Of a stretch of 44,086 nt of DNA, positions 33,243 through 42,461 are shown piece by piece; position 1 is the first letter of the stretch, and each line of letters starts with the position of its first letter. Location of the stretch: assembly GCA_964644245.1 (NCBI GenBank), contig CAZXUR010000006.1, positions 1-44,086 of the forward strand, read 5' to 3'. Source of the stretch: an uncultured archaeon (GTDB lineage Archaea > Aenigmatarchaeota > Aenigmatarchaeia > CAZXUR01). Position numbers and translations under genes: made by a program. The notes beneath the pieces are model-generated. The model ran no database searches. It worked only from the letters and a program-made list of their open reading frames with translations, and had not been told where the DNA came from.

Positions 33243-34403
33243 CTATTTCTTGACCGCAGTTATCCTCAAGTAAACGCTGCCTCCTGCCTCCTCGACCCTC
33301 GCGTATATCAGGCCCGGTCTTTTCATACCCTTTATCATCTTGTCTGAAGTTGCCAGAATCTTTCCCGTCCGGTCGTAGACCGTGTATCCGTGGTCACCGC
33401 TGAGGAATGTCTTTATGAACTTTACATGTCCCTCGATTATCACGTCCTTTCCCACTTGTTCTCTGGTGAGTTCGCTTATGGTTGTGTGGACCGGAGTCTC
33501 TCCCACAGGCCTCTTCATGGCTTTGGGTTTGGCCTCAGGCTTCTGGGGTGCCTTCTCTTCCTTCTCCTCGGTCGCCCCTTCCGGAGCCTTCAGGTATATG
33601 TTGGGCCTCTTGATGCGCATCAGTTTAGGCCTGAACTTTATGCTGGGCTTGGCAGCAGACCGCTTGTACTCCAACCGCCTGGTCTCTGAAGGAGGCTGAG
33701 CAGGACGGACTGCCCTGACCGGTCCTTCGGACCTCAGCGAATGCCCCAGTGGCTTGGGAGCAGAGGTCTCTTCCTTTATCCCCGCCAGCCTGACACTGGG
33801 AGGCGGAGAAGGGGGTGGCTTGCCCCGATTCTGGAAGTACTGGTAGACGTCTGGACTGTATTTGAAGAACAGGAACACGATTGTGGCTGCGATGACCACT
33901 CCTGCGAATATGGCTGGGTTTGCGATGGAAGTGGTCCCGGGGCACCCGTCCGGAGTGACTGCGAACTCCTTGGGACACGAGTCTATGTCGTCCTCCAGTC
34001 CGTCTCCATCGGTGTCCAGTTGGTTGAATGCCAGGACGTTGAACACTTCATGCCTCTGGTTGTAGTTCCCCATGTTGTCGTAGGCGTAAATCTTGTAACT
34101 GACTTCACCTGACTTGGAAGGGGTGAATGTGTACGTGTAGTGACCGTTCTGCTCCTGCATGAACCGGTCCTTGTCATGTATGTTTATCATGGCAAAGTCT
34201 ATGCCGTCCGGGTCCCTAATGTCCACGGATATGGTCACGTCCTGACCCTCTCCCTTGCCCCCATACACATAGGGCTCTGATATCGTTGGCTTTGAGTCCT
34301 CGGTCGCGTAGCCGGTCACACCGGGTGTGAAATCCAGCTGTGTGAGCACCACCATCAGCGCCAACACTAGGAAAACCAGGATGTGTTTCTCTCCTCTCTC
34401 CAT
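33243..34403 (-). CDS. single-pass membrane protein: extracellular Ig-like domain + DxDxDG Ca-binding repeat, TM, Pro/Lys-rich linker, C-terminal OB-fold-like domain
   Basis: Signal/anchor ILVFLVLALMVVL, DTDGDGLEDDIDSCP, TM IFAGVVIAATIVFLFF. The C-terminal ~75 aa is paralogous to the end of 34404..36245. Confidence 0.7.
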   Translation of the reverse strand: MERGEKHILVFLVLALMVVLTQLDFTPGVTGYATEDSKPTISEPYVYGGKGEGQDVTISVDIRDPDGIDFAMINIHDKDRFMQEQNGHYTYTFTPSKSGEVSYKIYAYDNMGNYNQRHEVFNVLAFNQLDTDGDGLEDDIDSCPKEFAVTPDGCPGTTSIANPAIFAGVVIAATIVFLFFKYSPDVYQYFQNRGKPPPSPPPSVRLAGIKEETSAPKPLGHSLRSEGPVRAVRPAQPPSETRRLEYKRSAAKPSIKFRPKLMRIKRPNIYLKAPEGATEEKEEKAPQKPEAKPKAMKRPVGETPVHTTISELTREQVGKDVIIEGHVKFIKTFLSGDHGYTVYDRTGKILATSDKMIKGMKRPGLIYARVEEAGGSVYLRITAVKK

Positions 34404-36245
34404 CTAAATCTCCTTGGTGTCTATTATCCTTAAGTATATCTTGCCTTTTATTTCCCTGACCTTGGCAAACACTATCATCGGCTCTTCCTTTATCTCGGTG
34501 GCGGACAGTGCGAATATCTTACCGCTCTTGTCGGACAAATAGTACCCGCGCTCATGGTGGTCGAAGGACTTGATAAACTTGGGTATGACTTTCAGGACTG
34601 CCTTCTTCCTCACTTTGCTGGAGTCTATGCGGGATATGTCTACTATCCTGTCCTTCAGATTTTCCGGAGTCCTGGCCTTGTCCAGTTCCCTCTCCAGGGC
34701 AGACCTCTCCTTTTCCACCGGACGTGATAGTATCCTCTGCCTCCTGGACCTCTGGCTCTCCTTCTCCTCTTCCCTCTCGCCCTTCCTCAACTCGGTCAGG
34801 AGGGCCTGCACGTTCACTTCCGGCTTCTTGGGCTTTTTCCCCTTCTTCTCAGAAGGCGGCAACTTCTTGCTCTCCCTGGTTATCCTTGCCTTGTATTTCC
34901 AGGCAACCAGTGCCAACACTACGAATACCCCAGCCAGTGCCACCGCACCAGTGGGAAAATCTGCTCCCTGTCCCTGTGGCTCGGTGGTGGTAGTCGGAGA
35001 GACCACCGTAAACCGACCGCTGATGGTATTTTCCTGACCGTTGCTGTCGGTCGCCCTTATCAGGTACGAGTAGGTGCCTGAATACTCAGGGGTGAATGTG
35101 TACGAATAAGTGTTTCCGTCCTTTGTCATTTCATGTTCCCCGTCCATGTCTATGACTACTTCGTCCACCCCGTCCTCGTCTTCCACCAACACTGACACGG
35201 TCACCGAGTCTCCCATGTCAACCGAGGAAGGCTCTCTGTGTGAAGAGAACTGGGGCGGCTCGGGCTCTTCCTCTTCCACATCGAACTGGTAGAAATTGCC
35301 GGAACGGTTGTCTATCGCCCTGTTTCCTTTGCTATCCCTCGACTCCACGTAGAAATAATATGTCTCTCCCTCCATGAGACCAGACAGTTTGACCGCGTGG
35401 CCCAACACGTCGTCCGAGTCCCGGTCAAGGGACAGGTCATCCTTGGAACGGCCGTACCACACCCTGGAATCGCTTTTCTCGTCAGTGGTCCACCGGACTA
35501 TGGAAAATGAGGTGTAGACGGTGACGTTCACACTGCTTATCTCAGGTGGCTGAGTGTCTTTGGTGTAAACCAGTGAGTCGTTGAGAGTGGTCTGGTTCCA
35601 TTCACCGGACAGAACCAGGTCATAAACACCGTCTGAAAGGCTCTTGGAATAACTGCCCTGTTCGGAGAGTCCAGAAGAGTTGGACCATTCCAAAGTCTGG
35701 TTACGGTAGATTCTGAGTGACGAAAACTGGTCCGGGTTGGTGAGTGTGTAAGAGAGGTTGACGGAAGAGTCCACGGTGGTGACATCAGAGATGGAAACTG
35801 AGGGGATGGGAACCGGAGGCTCAACGCATTCCACCACGCAGGACTGGTAGTCGTCCGCAGAGCCGCAGTTGCCTGAGTCCGCGGAAGAGGCTGCGTAACA
35901 GCTCAAGTTGAATGAATAGATACCAGGGGTGTCGGGGCAGACAAGTCTCACGGTCTCCGAGTGCCACGTACAGGGTGTAGAATTCTCCTCGTAAGTGCAG
36001 TTAACCTGTGTCGAATTCCTGCTCACGGTCCTGACTTCGTACGACTCGCTGGTTCCGGTCCCGTAGTACTGGTAACTGACATCGAACCCTTCACTGACGT
36101 TCGCCGTTCCAGGGCAGGAAAGGTCGGAGACGTTGCAGAACCCACAATCGTACGTCTGATAACCGGTAATGGGAAATGGCCCGTGCAGGAAAAGGAAGCC
36201 TCCCACAACCAGGAGTGACAGAAGCTCCAAAGGACTTATTCTCAT
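34404..36245 (-). CDS. single-pass membrane protein, larger paralogue: Cys-rich + FN3/Ig-like ectodomains, TM, Lys/Glu-rich linker, C-terminal OB-fold-like domain
   Basis: Signal LLSLLVVGGFLFL. FN3-like SIVRWTTDEKSDSRVWYG..YYFYVESRDSKGN. Ig-like domain alignable with 33243..34403. TM ALAGVFVVLALVAW. Its stop abuts the ATG of the next gene. Confidence 0.7.
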   Translation of the reverse strand: MRISPLELLSLLVVGGFLFLHGPFPITGYQTYDCGFCNVSDLSCPGTANVSEGFDVSYQYYGTGTSESYEVRTVSRNSTQVNCTYEENSTPCTWHSETVRLVCPDTPGIYSFNLSCYAASSADSGNCGSADDYQSCVVECVEPPVPIPSVSISDVTTVDSSVNLSYTLTNPDQFSSLRIYRNQTLEWSNSSGLSEQGSYSKSLSDGVYDLVLSGEWNQTTLNDSLVYTKDTQPPEISSVNVTVYTSFSIVRWTTDEKSDSRVWYGRSKDDLSLDRDSDDVLGHAVKLSGLMEGETYYFYVESRDSKGNRAIDNRSGNFYQFDVEEEEPEPPQFSSHREPSSVDMGDSVTVSVLVEDEDGVDEVVIDMDGEHEMTKDGNTYSYTFTPEYSGTYSYLIRATDSNGQENTISGRFTVVSPTTTTEPQGQGADFPTGAVALAGVFVVLALVAWKYKARITRESKKLPPSEKKGKKPKKPEVNVQALLTELRKGEREEEKESQRSRRQRILSRPVEKERSALERELDKARTPENLKDRIVDISRIDSSKVRKKAVLKVIPKFIKSFDHHERGYYLSDKSGKIFALSATEIKEEPMIVFAKVREIKGKIYLRIIDTKEI

Positions 36246-36361
36246 GTCAAAACCTCCAAAAACAGTCTAAAATGCAGACCAAACTAGACATTTCTCCACT
36301 TCCCGATGCTGTAAATCTATTCGTCCCCGTCTTATATATAGTTTGTTCAGAAAATAATCCC

Positions 36362-36889
36362 ATGCCCGGAAAGCCTTTTTGCCCCAAGTGCGGAAAGCAG
36401 ACAGAGAAATGGGGATTGTGCAAGGAATGCAAGAAAGGGGGTGTGAAAACCCTAGGGGTGAAAGTATGCACCAGGTGCAAACACTACATGGACAGGGGCG
36501 AGTGGAAACCTTACAAGTCTCTGGAAGCACTGGAGGAGGAATACTCCTCACGCGGTTTCAGGGTGAAGTTCAAAAAGGTGACGTGTGACCCCTGCAGCAA
36601 GTACGCGTCAGGCTACTACGAGGCGCTCATACAGCTGAGGGCAGACAATAAAAAAGCGGTCAGACATATACGAAAGAAACTGGAAGAACTGAGGAAGAAG
36701 GACAGGTACGCCTTCTACCGCATGAACCCCAAGAAAAACGGGGTTGATTTTGAAATAGGCTCTAAAGGAGCGACTAGGAGGGTGATTCGTTCCCTTTCCA
36801 CGTTTAATCTGAATGTCAAGAAAAGTAGCAGGATTGCAGGCATGAAGGACGGTAAAACCGTGACTAAAGACGTTTACGTCCTGAAATAA
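36362..36889 (+). CDS. short NMD3-like zinc-binding protein (175 aa)
   Basis: FCPKCGK..GLCKEC..CTRCKHY..W, then YYEALIQLR, resembles the NMD3 N-terminal region. The ATG at 36362 has TATA ttatatata ~25 nt upstream. Confidence 0.55.
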   Translation: MPGKPFCPKCGKQTEKWGLCKECKKGGVKTLGVKVCTRCKHYMDRGEWKPYKSLEALEEEYSSRGFRVKFKKVTCDPCSKYASGYYEALIQLRADNKKAVRHIRKKLEELRKKDRYAFYRMNPKKNGVDFEIGSKGATRRVIRSLSTFNLNVKKSSRIAGMKDGKTVTKDVYVLK

Positions 36890-37027
36890 TCACTTCTTCA
36901 TGTGTCCTTCGGCTCCGCAAAATCCACAGAACCACAATGTCTTCTTGCCTCCTGTGGTCTTCACCGTGGACTTGATCATTCTTCCTTTCTTACACTGGTT
37001 ACAGTGTTCTATGTCCTTTGTACTCAT
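36890..37027 (-). CDS. possible zinc-ribbon protein (45 aa)
   Basis: MSTKDIEHCNQCKKGRMIKSTVKTTGGKKTLWFCGFCGAEGHMKK: CxxC-x21-CxxC. Confidence 0.45.
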   Translation of the reverse strand: MSTKDIEHCNQCKKGRMIKSTVKTTGGKKTLWFCGFCGAEGHMKK

Positions 37028-37117
37028 TTGTAATTCCCCCTTGGTGATAACAGTATGTGTTTTATGGTATTTAAAGATTGTGGTGTTTGAGGAAAGTGTT
37101 TAAAAAGATTTCGGTGG

Positions 37118-38437
37118 TCACTTCAAACCGAACTGTTTCAAGAGCTTTCCTAACTGACTCCTCTTGAGCTTGCCGGGAGACATCTTCTTCATCATCTTCT
37201 TACTCCGCTTGAAGTACTTCACAAGCTCCCTGACGTCCGAAGGCTGAGTGCCGGAGCCCTCTGCTATGCGTTCGATGCGTGAATGGTTCAAGAGGTCCGG
37301 ATTCTGCTTTTCTTCCGGGGTCATGGACTTGACTATCACCAGCCATTTCTTCATCTTCTCTTCCTGCTCTTCCACGCTTCCTTCGGGCAGTTTACCGGCC
37401 AGTTTTCCCATGCCCGGAACCATATCGAGTACTTGCTTCATGGGTCCCATGGACTTCATGGATTCCATCTGCTTGGCAAAGTCCTCCAGATTGAACTCTC
37501 CGGTAACCATCTTTTCCGCCGCAGTGGTGTCCATGGTTTTGGCCTTTTGCAGCAGGCCTTCCAGGTCCCCAAAACCGAGCATCTTTGACACGAACCTCTC
37601 GGGGTCGTAGACTTCCAGGTCATCCATTTTTTCTCCCACGCCTATGAACTTTACCTTTGTGGCAGTGGCCTCGCAAGCGGTCAAAGCACCGCCTCCCTTG
37701 GCTGTGGAGTCCAGTTTGGTGACTATCACACCTGTGATTCCCACTGCCTCATGGAACTTCTCTGCTTGCTCCCTGGCAGCCTGTCCTATGTCCGCGGGTA
37801 TCACCAAATAACGCTCGTCCGGCTTCATGATACGGTCAAGAGACTTGATTTCCTCTATCATCTTGCCGTTCAGGGCGTTCCTCCCGGAAGAGTCGACTAT
37901 GACCACGTCCCTGCCTTTCATCTCCTTCAATCCTTCCTTCAGAACTTTGGAGGAGTCCTCGCTCTTCTCACCGTGTATGGGAACTGAAATTTTCCTGGCC
38001 AGCTGCCTCAGCTGGTCGTAAGCGGCCGGCCTGACCACGTCGCAGCATATAAGGCCTGGCTTGAGGTTGTTCTTCTGATAGTATCTCGCTAACTTGGCGG
38101 CAGTGGTGGTCTTTCCGCTCCCGAACAAGCCTATGAGAAGTATTTTCTTCTTTTTTAGTTCTACCTCAGCCTTTTCCTCTCCCAGGAACTTGGTGATTTC
38201 CTCGTACACGACCTTTATCAGGTGCTCTTTCTTGGTCAGACCCTTGGAAGGTTCCTTGAGAGCGCGCTTCTTTATCTTCTCAGTCAGTTCCAGTACCAGC
38301 TCCACGTTTACGTCAGCAGCCAGAAGAGCCCGCTGTATCTCTTTGGTCACCTCTTCCACCGCTTTCTTATCCACAGAGCCCAGACCAGTGATCCGGTCAA
38401 GTGCGCCCCTAAGGGATTTGGATAGTTTCTCAAGCAT
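37118..38437 (-). CDS. srp54: signal recognition particle protein SRP54
   Basis: N domain, G domain GLFGSGKTTTAAKLA, DTAGR-type SSGRN, Met-rich M domain. The ATG at 38437 has a TATA ~27 nt upstream. Confidence 0.9.
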   Translation of the reverse strand: MLEKLSKSLRGALDRITGLGSVDKKAVEEVTKEIQRALLAADVNVELVLELTEKIKKRALKEPSKGLTKKEHLIKVVYEEITKFLGEEKAEVELKKKKILLIGLFGSGKTTTAAKLARYYQKNNLKPGLICCDVVRPAAYDQLRQLARKISVPIHGEKSEDSSKVLKEGLKEMKGRDVVIVDSSGRNALNGKMIEEIKSLDRIMKPDERYLVIPADIGQAAREQAEKFHEAVGITGVIVTKLDSTAKGGGALTACEATATKVKFIGVGEKMDDLEVYDPERFVSKMLGFGDLEGLLQKAKTMDTTAAEKMVTGEFNLEDFAKQMESMKSMGPMKQVLDMVPGMGKLAGKLPEGSVEEQEEKMKKWLVIVKSMTPEEKQNPDLLNHSRIERIAEGSGTQPSDVRELVKYFKRSKKMMKKMSPGKLKRSQLGKLLKQFGLK

Positions 38438-38469
38438 AGGAATAATTGAAGTCAGAAGGTTTAAATATG

Positions 38470-38934
38470 CTACCAAAGGGAAGAAACGATTTCTTCCTTT
38501 CCTTCCTCACATACGAATACTTGCCACATCTTCCTGATGTCCTCTTCATCCGTGTCAAAGGAAGCTTCCATTCCGATGGTCCCGAAGAGTCCTTCGTCCA
38601 GTTTGAAATCTTCCGGAATCCTGAAGGAGTATTCGGTTGAATAAGTTTTCCCGGGTTTCACCAGAACATCTTCCTCCTTTTCACCAAAGCCGTATTCATC
38701 TTTTATGCGGAACGTACCTTGATACTGACGCTTGGACCTGTTTCTTATGCCCACTTCATATTCTAACAACTCGCCGGGGTTGAATTTATCATCCAAATCC
38801 GGGTCATCCACTTCCTTCAGTGACTGGAAGTAAAGGAATATTTCCCTCTGGTCGTAGTCTTTTCTGACTTTCGTACTTCGCTTCTTCTTTTTCTTACCGC
38901 CAAAAAACAGAAACATGATGTTACTCCCCGTCAA
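38470..38934 (-). CDS. hypothetical protein (about 148-154 aa)
   Basis: ORF between tfb and srp54. The Met at 38916 avoids overlap with the tfb stop. No motif recognised. Confidence 0.5.
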   Translation of the reverse strand: MTGSNIMFLFFGGKKKKKRSTKVRKDYDQREIFLYFQSLKEVDDPDLDDKFNPGELLEYEVGIRNRSKRQYQGTFRIKDEYGFGEKEEDVLVKPGKTYSTEYSFRIPEDFKLDEGLFGTIGMEASFDTDEEDIRKMWQVFVCEEGKEEIVSSLW

Positions 38935-40051
38935 TTTTTATATTTTTATCCTTTGTACCGGAAATCCTCTTGATAAGGGAGTCAGAATAACTGTACTCCT
39001 CCAGAAAGTCCTCCATAAAATTCGGATTCTCATTCCCGAAGGCAATCAAGTCCTTTCTCCTTTCCCTGATGGTGACTTCGGTCACACCCGAGGCTTCAGC
39101 CACTTCCTTTTGAGTGAGGTCTATCTCCTCCATCTTCTCCGGGATTTCCGTGAATTTCTGCGGATATTTGGACCCCAGAAAATCCTTCAGTTTCTTCTTT
39201 TCCAGGCAGGACACGTGATAAACCCCGCCTGCAGCTATTCCAGTGGGACTCTTTCCTGAAGTATCTTTGGTGCCATGATACTCTCCCAGAAACTTTTCGA
39301 TTTCTATCTGCAGAGGACCGGGAAGGCCGAGTTCAGAGGCAAACTTTGGCACGTACTTCAAGGGAGTATCAATCGGCACGTCCCTGTCCAGTTTACGGCC
39401 TATCTCCTTGTAATTTCCAACAATCTTGTTGTGGTCTATGGAAGTGTACTCCTCGAAGTTCCTGGGAGTGCATGGAATTCCCAGTTCACGGCAAGTCAGA
39501 TACATGACAGAAACAGCCACCTTCTCTATGCTCCTGCCTCTCATCTTCCCGTCTTCGATTACTTGTCTGTATGCATGGGCAGCATGTTCACGCACCTTGG
39601 GCGGAAGTTCCATGGCTGAAGCGAGTTGTCTCATGTATGTAAATGCCTTTACCATGTTCCTGTCCTTCGAGTCTTTCAGTCTCGAGCGCCGGTCCCACTT
39701 CCTCAGGCGATGCATATGTGACCTCTGCTTCGGCTTGAGGGGTCTTCCTCTTCCGTCAGTCCTTTTTCCTATCTCTGTGGAAAGCCCCCGGTCGTGGTAG
39801 GATTCTATCATGGGAAGGCCGGCCCTGTTTCTTTTCTCGTTTTGCTCTGCGTCAAAGGCAAGCCATTCAGGACCCGAATCCAGCAAATGGTCTTCCAGGA
39901 CCAGTCCGCAGTCTGAACAAACCAGTTCACTCCTCTCGGCATCCATATATATTGACTTAGAACCACAATCAGGACATCCGGGCCTTTTCCTCTCATCCAC
40001 TTCATAGTCAGATGACATAGAAGGAGATTTTGATTTAACTTTTAAAGACAT
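38921..40051 (-). CDS. tfb: transcription initiation factor TFB, long paralogue (376 aa)
   Basis: Zn ribbon CPDCGS..CSDCG, B-reader SGPEWLAFDAEQ, two cyclin repeats. Has an N-terminal extension, an insertion in repeat 2 and a ~45-aa C-terminal tail. Confidence 0.85.
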   Translation of the reverse strand: MSLKVKSKSPSMSSDYEVDERKRPGCPDCGSKSIYMDAERSELVCSDCGLVLEDHLLDSGPEWLAFDAEQNEKRNRAGLPMIESYHDRGLSTEIGKRTDGRGRPLKPKQRSHMHRLRKWDRRSRLKDSKDRNMVKAFTYMRQLASAMELPPKVREHAAHAYRQVIEDGKMRGRSIEKVAVSVMYLTCRELGIPCTPRNFEEYTSIDHNKIVGNYKEIGRKLDRDVPIDTPLKYVPKFASELGLPGPLQIEIEKFLGEYHGTKDTSGKSPTGIAAGGVYHVSCLEKKKLKDFLGSKYPQKFTEIPEKMEEIDLTQKEVAEASGVTEVTIRERRKDLIAFGNENPNFMEDFLEEYSYSDSLIKRISGTKDKNIKIDGE

Positions 40052-40075
40052 CGGACAGGAGAACGTTGATTGTCG

Positions 40076-41023
40076 TCAAACATCGATTCCCATGTTCTCT
40101 GCTATTTCCTTGTACCTGTTCCTGATCGTTACTTCGGTCACGTCCGCGACCTCGGCGACCGCTTTTTGTGTCACTCCCTTCCCGTCCTCAAGAACGCTGG
40201 CCATGTAAAGGACAGAAGCAGCAATCCCCTGGGGGCTCTTACCACTGGAAAGCCCTCTTTTTACCACCTCTTCAGCCATTCTTACCGCCTTCATGGAAAC
40301 GGAGTCATTCACCCCCAGTTCACACGCAAATCTGGGTATGTATTCCAAAGCGTTGGGAGGAGCTACCTTTATATTCAGTTTCTGGGTCAATAACCTGAAA
40401 GCCCTTCCCACGTCTTTCCTGTCGCACTTGGTCACATCAGCTATCTCGTCCAGTGTGCGTGGGATTCCACTCTGTCTGCAGGACGCGTACACCGCACCGG
40501 CAGCCACATCCTCGATGGACCTGCCTCTTAGGAGGTTGTTCTCAACTGTTTGTCTATACAGAAAGGCGCCCCTTTCCTTGACATATCGGGGCAGATGAAG
40601 CTGGCTGGATATCCTGTCTATCTCGTTGAGTGCGAAAGACAGGTTCCTATCCTTGGAATCCTGCACCTTCGAACGCTTGTCCCACTTCCTGAGACGGCGC
40701 ATACGTGTCCTGGTCTCTGGCTTGATGTTATTCCCGTATATGTCTCTATCACGATGGTCAATCATGGTGTAAAGTCCGCGGTCGTGCATGGTTTCTGTGG
40801 TGGGTGCCCCGACCCTGTTTCTTTTCTCCCTCTGCTCTGCGTTAAACGCGCGCCATTCGGGTCCCGGGTCCATGAGTCGGTCCTCTATCACCAGATCGCA
40901 CCCCGAACAAACCAACTCTCCGTGTCGGTAGTCCCTTTCCAGGACTCTGGAACCACATTCGGGACAATTGGTTTCTTCTCCAACGTCTATCCTCCTATCA
41001 AACTCATCTAGTGCAATGGACAT
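40076..41023 (-). CDS. tfb: transcription initiation factor TFB, canonical paralogue (315 aa)
   Basis: CPECGS..CSGCD, PGPEWRAFNAEQREKRNRVG, two cyclin repeats, C-terminal HTH VTEVTIRNRYKE. Confidence 0.9.
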   Translation of the reverse strand: MSIALDEFDRRIDVGEETNCPECGSRVLERDYRHGELVCSGCDLVIEDRLMDPGPEWRAFNAEQREKRNRVGAPTTETMHDRGLYTMIDHRDRDIYGNNIKPETRTRMRRLRKWDKRSKVQDSKDRNLSFALNEIDRISSQLHLPRYVKERGAFLYRQTVENNLLRGRSIEDVAAGAVYASCRQSGIPRTLDEIADVTKCDRKDVGRAFRLLTQKLNIKVAPPNALEYIPRFACELGVNDSVSMKAVRMAEEVVKRGLSSGKSPQGIAASVLYMASVLEDGKGVTQKAVAEVADVTEVTIRNRYKEIAENMGIDV

Positions 41024-41046
41024 AGAAAAGGTTGAGGATAAATGAT

Positions 41047-42009
41047 TTAAATTAATTTCCTGACGATTTTCTCCGGCTCAAAGACCTCCAGGTCCTCGTA
41101 GTCCTGACCGGTGCCCAGAAACAGTATGGGCTTTCCTATGACGTAGCCGACGGACAGGGCAGCACCGCCCTTTTCATTGACGTCTGCCTTGGTCAAAACA
41201 ACTGCGTCCACGCCCACTGACTTGTCAAAGGACTTGGCCTGCTCCACCGCATCGTTCCCGGTGAGCGAGTCAACCACCAGCACTTTCAAATCAGGCTTGT
41301 TGACCCTGATGATTTTCTCCAGTTCGTTCATCAGGTCTGTGTCTGCATGGCTCCTCCCAGCCGTGTCCGCAAGCACGATTCCGCCCTTTGATTCCACATA
41401 CTTTCTCGCGTCGAAGACCACGGCCGCAGCGTCAGAGCCGTACTTGTGCTTGACAATCTTGCAGTCCAGGTTGTCCGCGTGCACACCTAGTTGTTCAATA
41501 GCCGCAGTCCTGAATGTGTCAGCCGCAGCCAAGACCGGCTCCTTTCCATTCTTCTGCAGGAGTTTGGCGACTTTTGCGATGGTAGTTGTCTTCCCGCAGC
41601 CATTGAAGCCAACGAAGACGACAACAGATTTGTCATCGAGTTTGGTGATGTTCATGGTCTCCTGGGATAGGACGTCCAGCATGGCTTTTCTCAGCGTCTT
41701 CCTCACTTCTTCCTCGACATTGCCCCTCCTGACACTCTTCCCGGTCAATTCCTTCCTGACATCGTCTGCAATCTTGTCAGTCACTTCAAGTGCCACATCA
41801 TTCTCCATGAGCGCCAGTTTCAGCTGCTCCAAGAACTCGTCCATCTCTCCCGGCTTTATCTTCTTCTCTGTTACCTTCTTCTTTACTTTTTCTGCCAATC
41901 CGGGTTTCTTCTGCTTCTTTTTCCTTTTCTCCTTTTTGGGTTCAGTATCTTTCTTCTTCTTGAACTTGTCCACTACCGAGGAGAGTTTCTTCTTCAGGTT
42001 TCCGAACAT
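41047..42009 (-). CDS. ftsY: SRP receptor FtsY with Lys-rich N-terminal region
   Basis: GFNGCGKTTTIAKVA, DTAGR, TKADV. Confidence 0.9.
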   Translation of the reverse strand: MFGNLKKKLSSVVDKFKKKKDTEPKKEKRKKKQKKPGLAEKVKKKVTEKKIKPGEMDEFLEQLKLALMENDVALEVTDKIADDVRKELTGKSVRRGNVEEEVRKTLRKAMLDVLSQETMNITKLDDKSVVVFVGFNGCGKTTTIAKVAKLLQKNGKEPVLAAADTFRTAAIEQLGVHADNLDCKIVKHKYGSDAAAVVFDARKYVESKGGIVLADTAGRSHADTDLMNELEKIIRVNKPDLKVLVVDSLTGNDAVEQAKSFDKSVGVDAVVLTKADVNEKGGAALSVGYVIGKPILFLGTGQDYEDLEVFEPEKIVRKLI

Positions 42010-42040
42010 AGTTAGAATAAGTGGAAAGTTTTTTATATTG

Positions 42041-42442
42041 TTACTGGCTGGCCTTTTCCAGTTCCGGCCTCATTTTTTCCATTTCCTGAGTAATTGATTT
42101 CAAATTTTTACCCAGTTCCTTCAGGACTTTCTCCAGTTCCTCCGAACGCCCGTCGAGGATTCTCTTGGCTTCGGGGATGGTCTTCTTACAGGCCACTCCT
42201 GCGCCCAGTGAAGTCAGGATGTGCTCGGAGTCAGTCAGTTTGGCAAAGGCAAACGAACCGGAACCCAGGGGAGAGAATATTTCCTTCTTCCCCGACTCGG
42301 ATATGCCGTCCAAAGTTTCTTTGGTCTGGTCCAGTTCTGATTTCTTGTTCAGAATCTGCTTCTTCTCGGATTCAAGGGCTTCCAGCTGTCTCTGTAGCAT
42401 CTGGAACCTCATGAGCTTTGCTTGAATGTTCTCTTCGGCCAT
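42041..42442 (-). CDS. pfdA: prefoldin subunit alpha
   Basis: Coiled coil, then hairpin region FSPLGSGSFAFAKL..LTSLGAGVACKKTIPEA, then coiled coil. Conserved position next to ftsY. Confidence 0.8.
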   Translation of the reverse strand: MAEENIQAKLMRFQMLQRQLEALESEKKQILNKKSELDQTKETLDGISESGKKEIFSPLGSGSFAFAKLTDSEHILTSLGAGVACKKTIPEAKRILDGRSEELEKVLKELGKNLKSITQEMEKMRPELEKASQ

Positions 42443-42461
42443 ACCCTTAATTTACCGGAAG

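Noticed and set aside
36176-36361. N-terminal extension of the NMD3-like ORF
   Set aside because: The extension overlaps the start of the divergent 34404..36245 gene and its promoter region. The ATG at 36362 has a properly spaced TATA and begins the zinc-binding motif.
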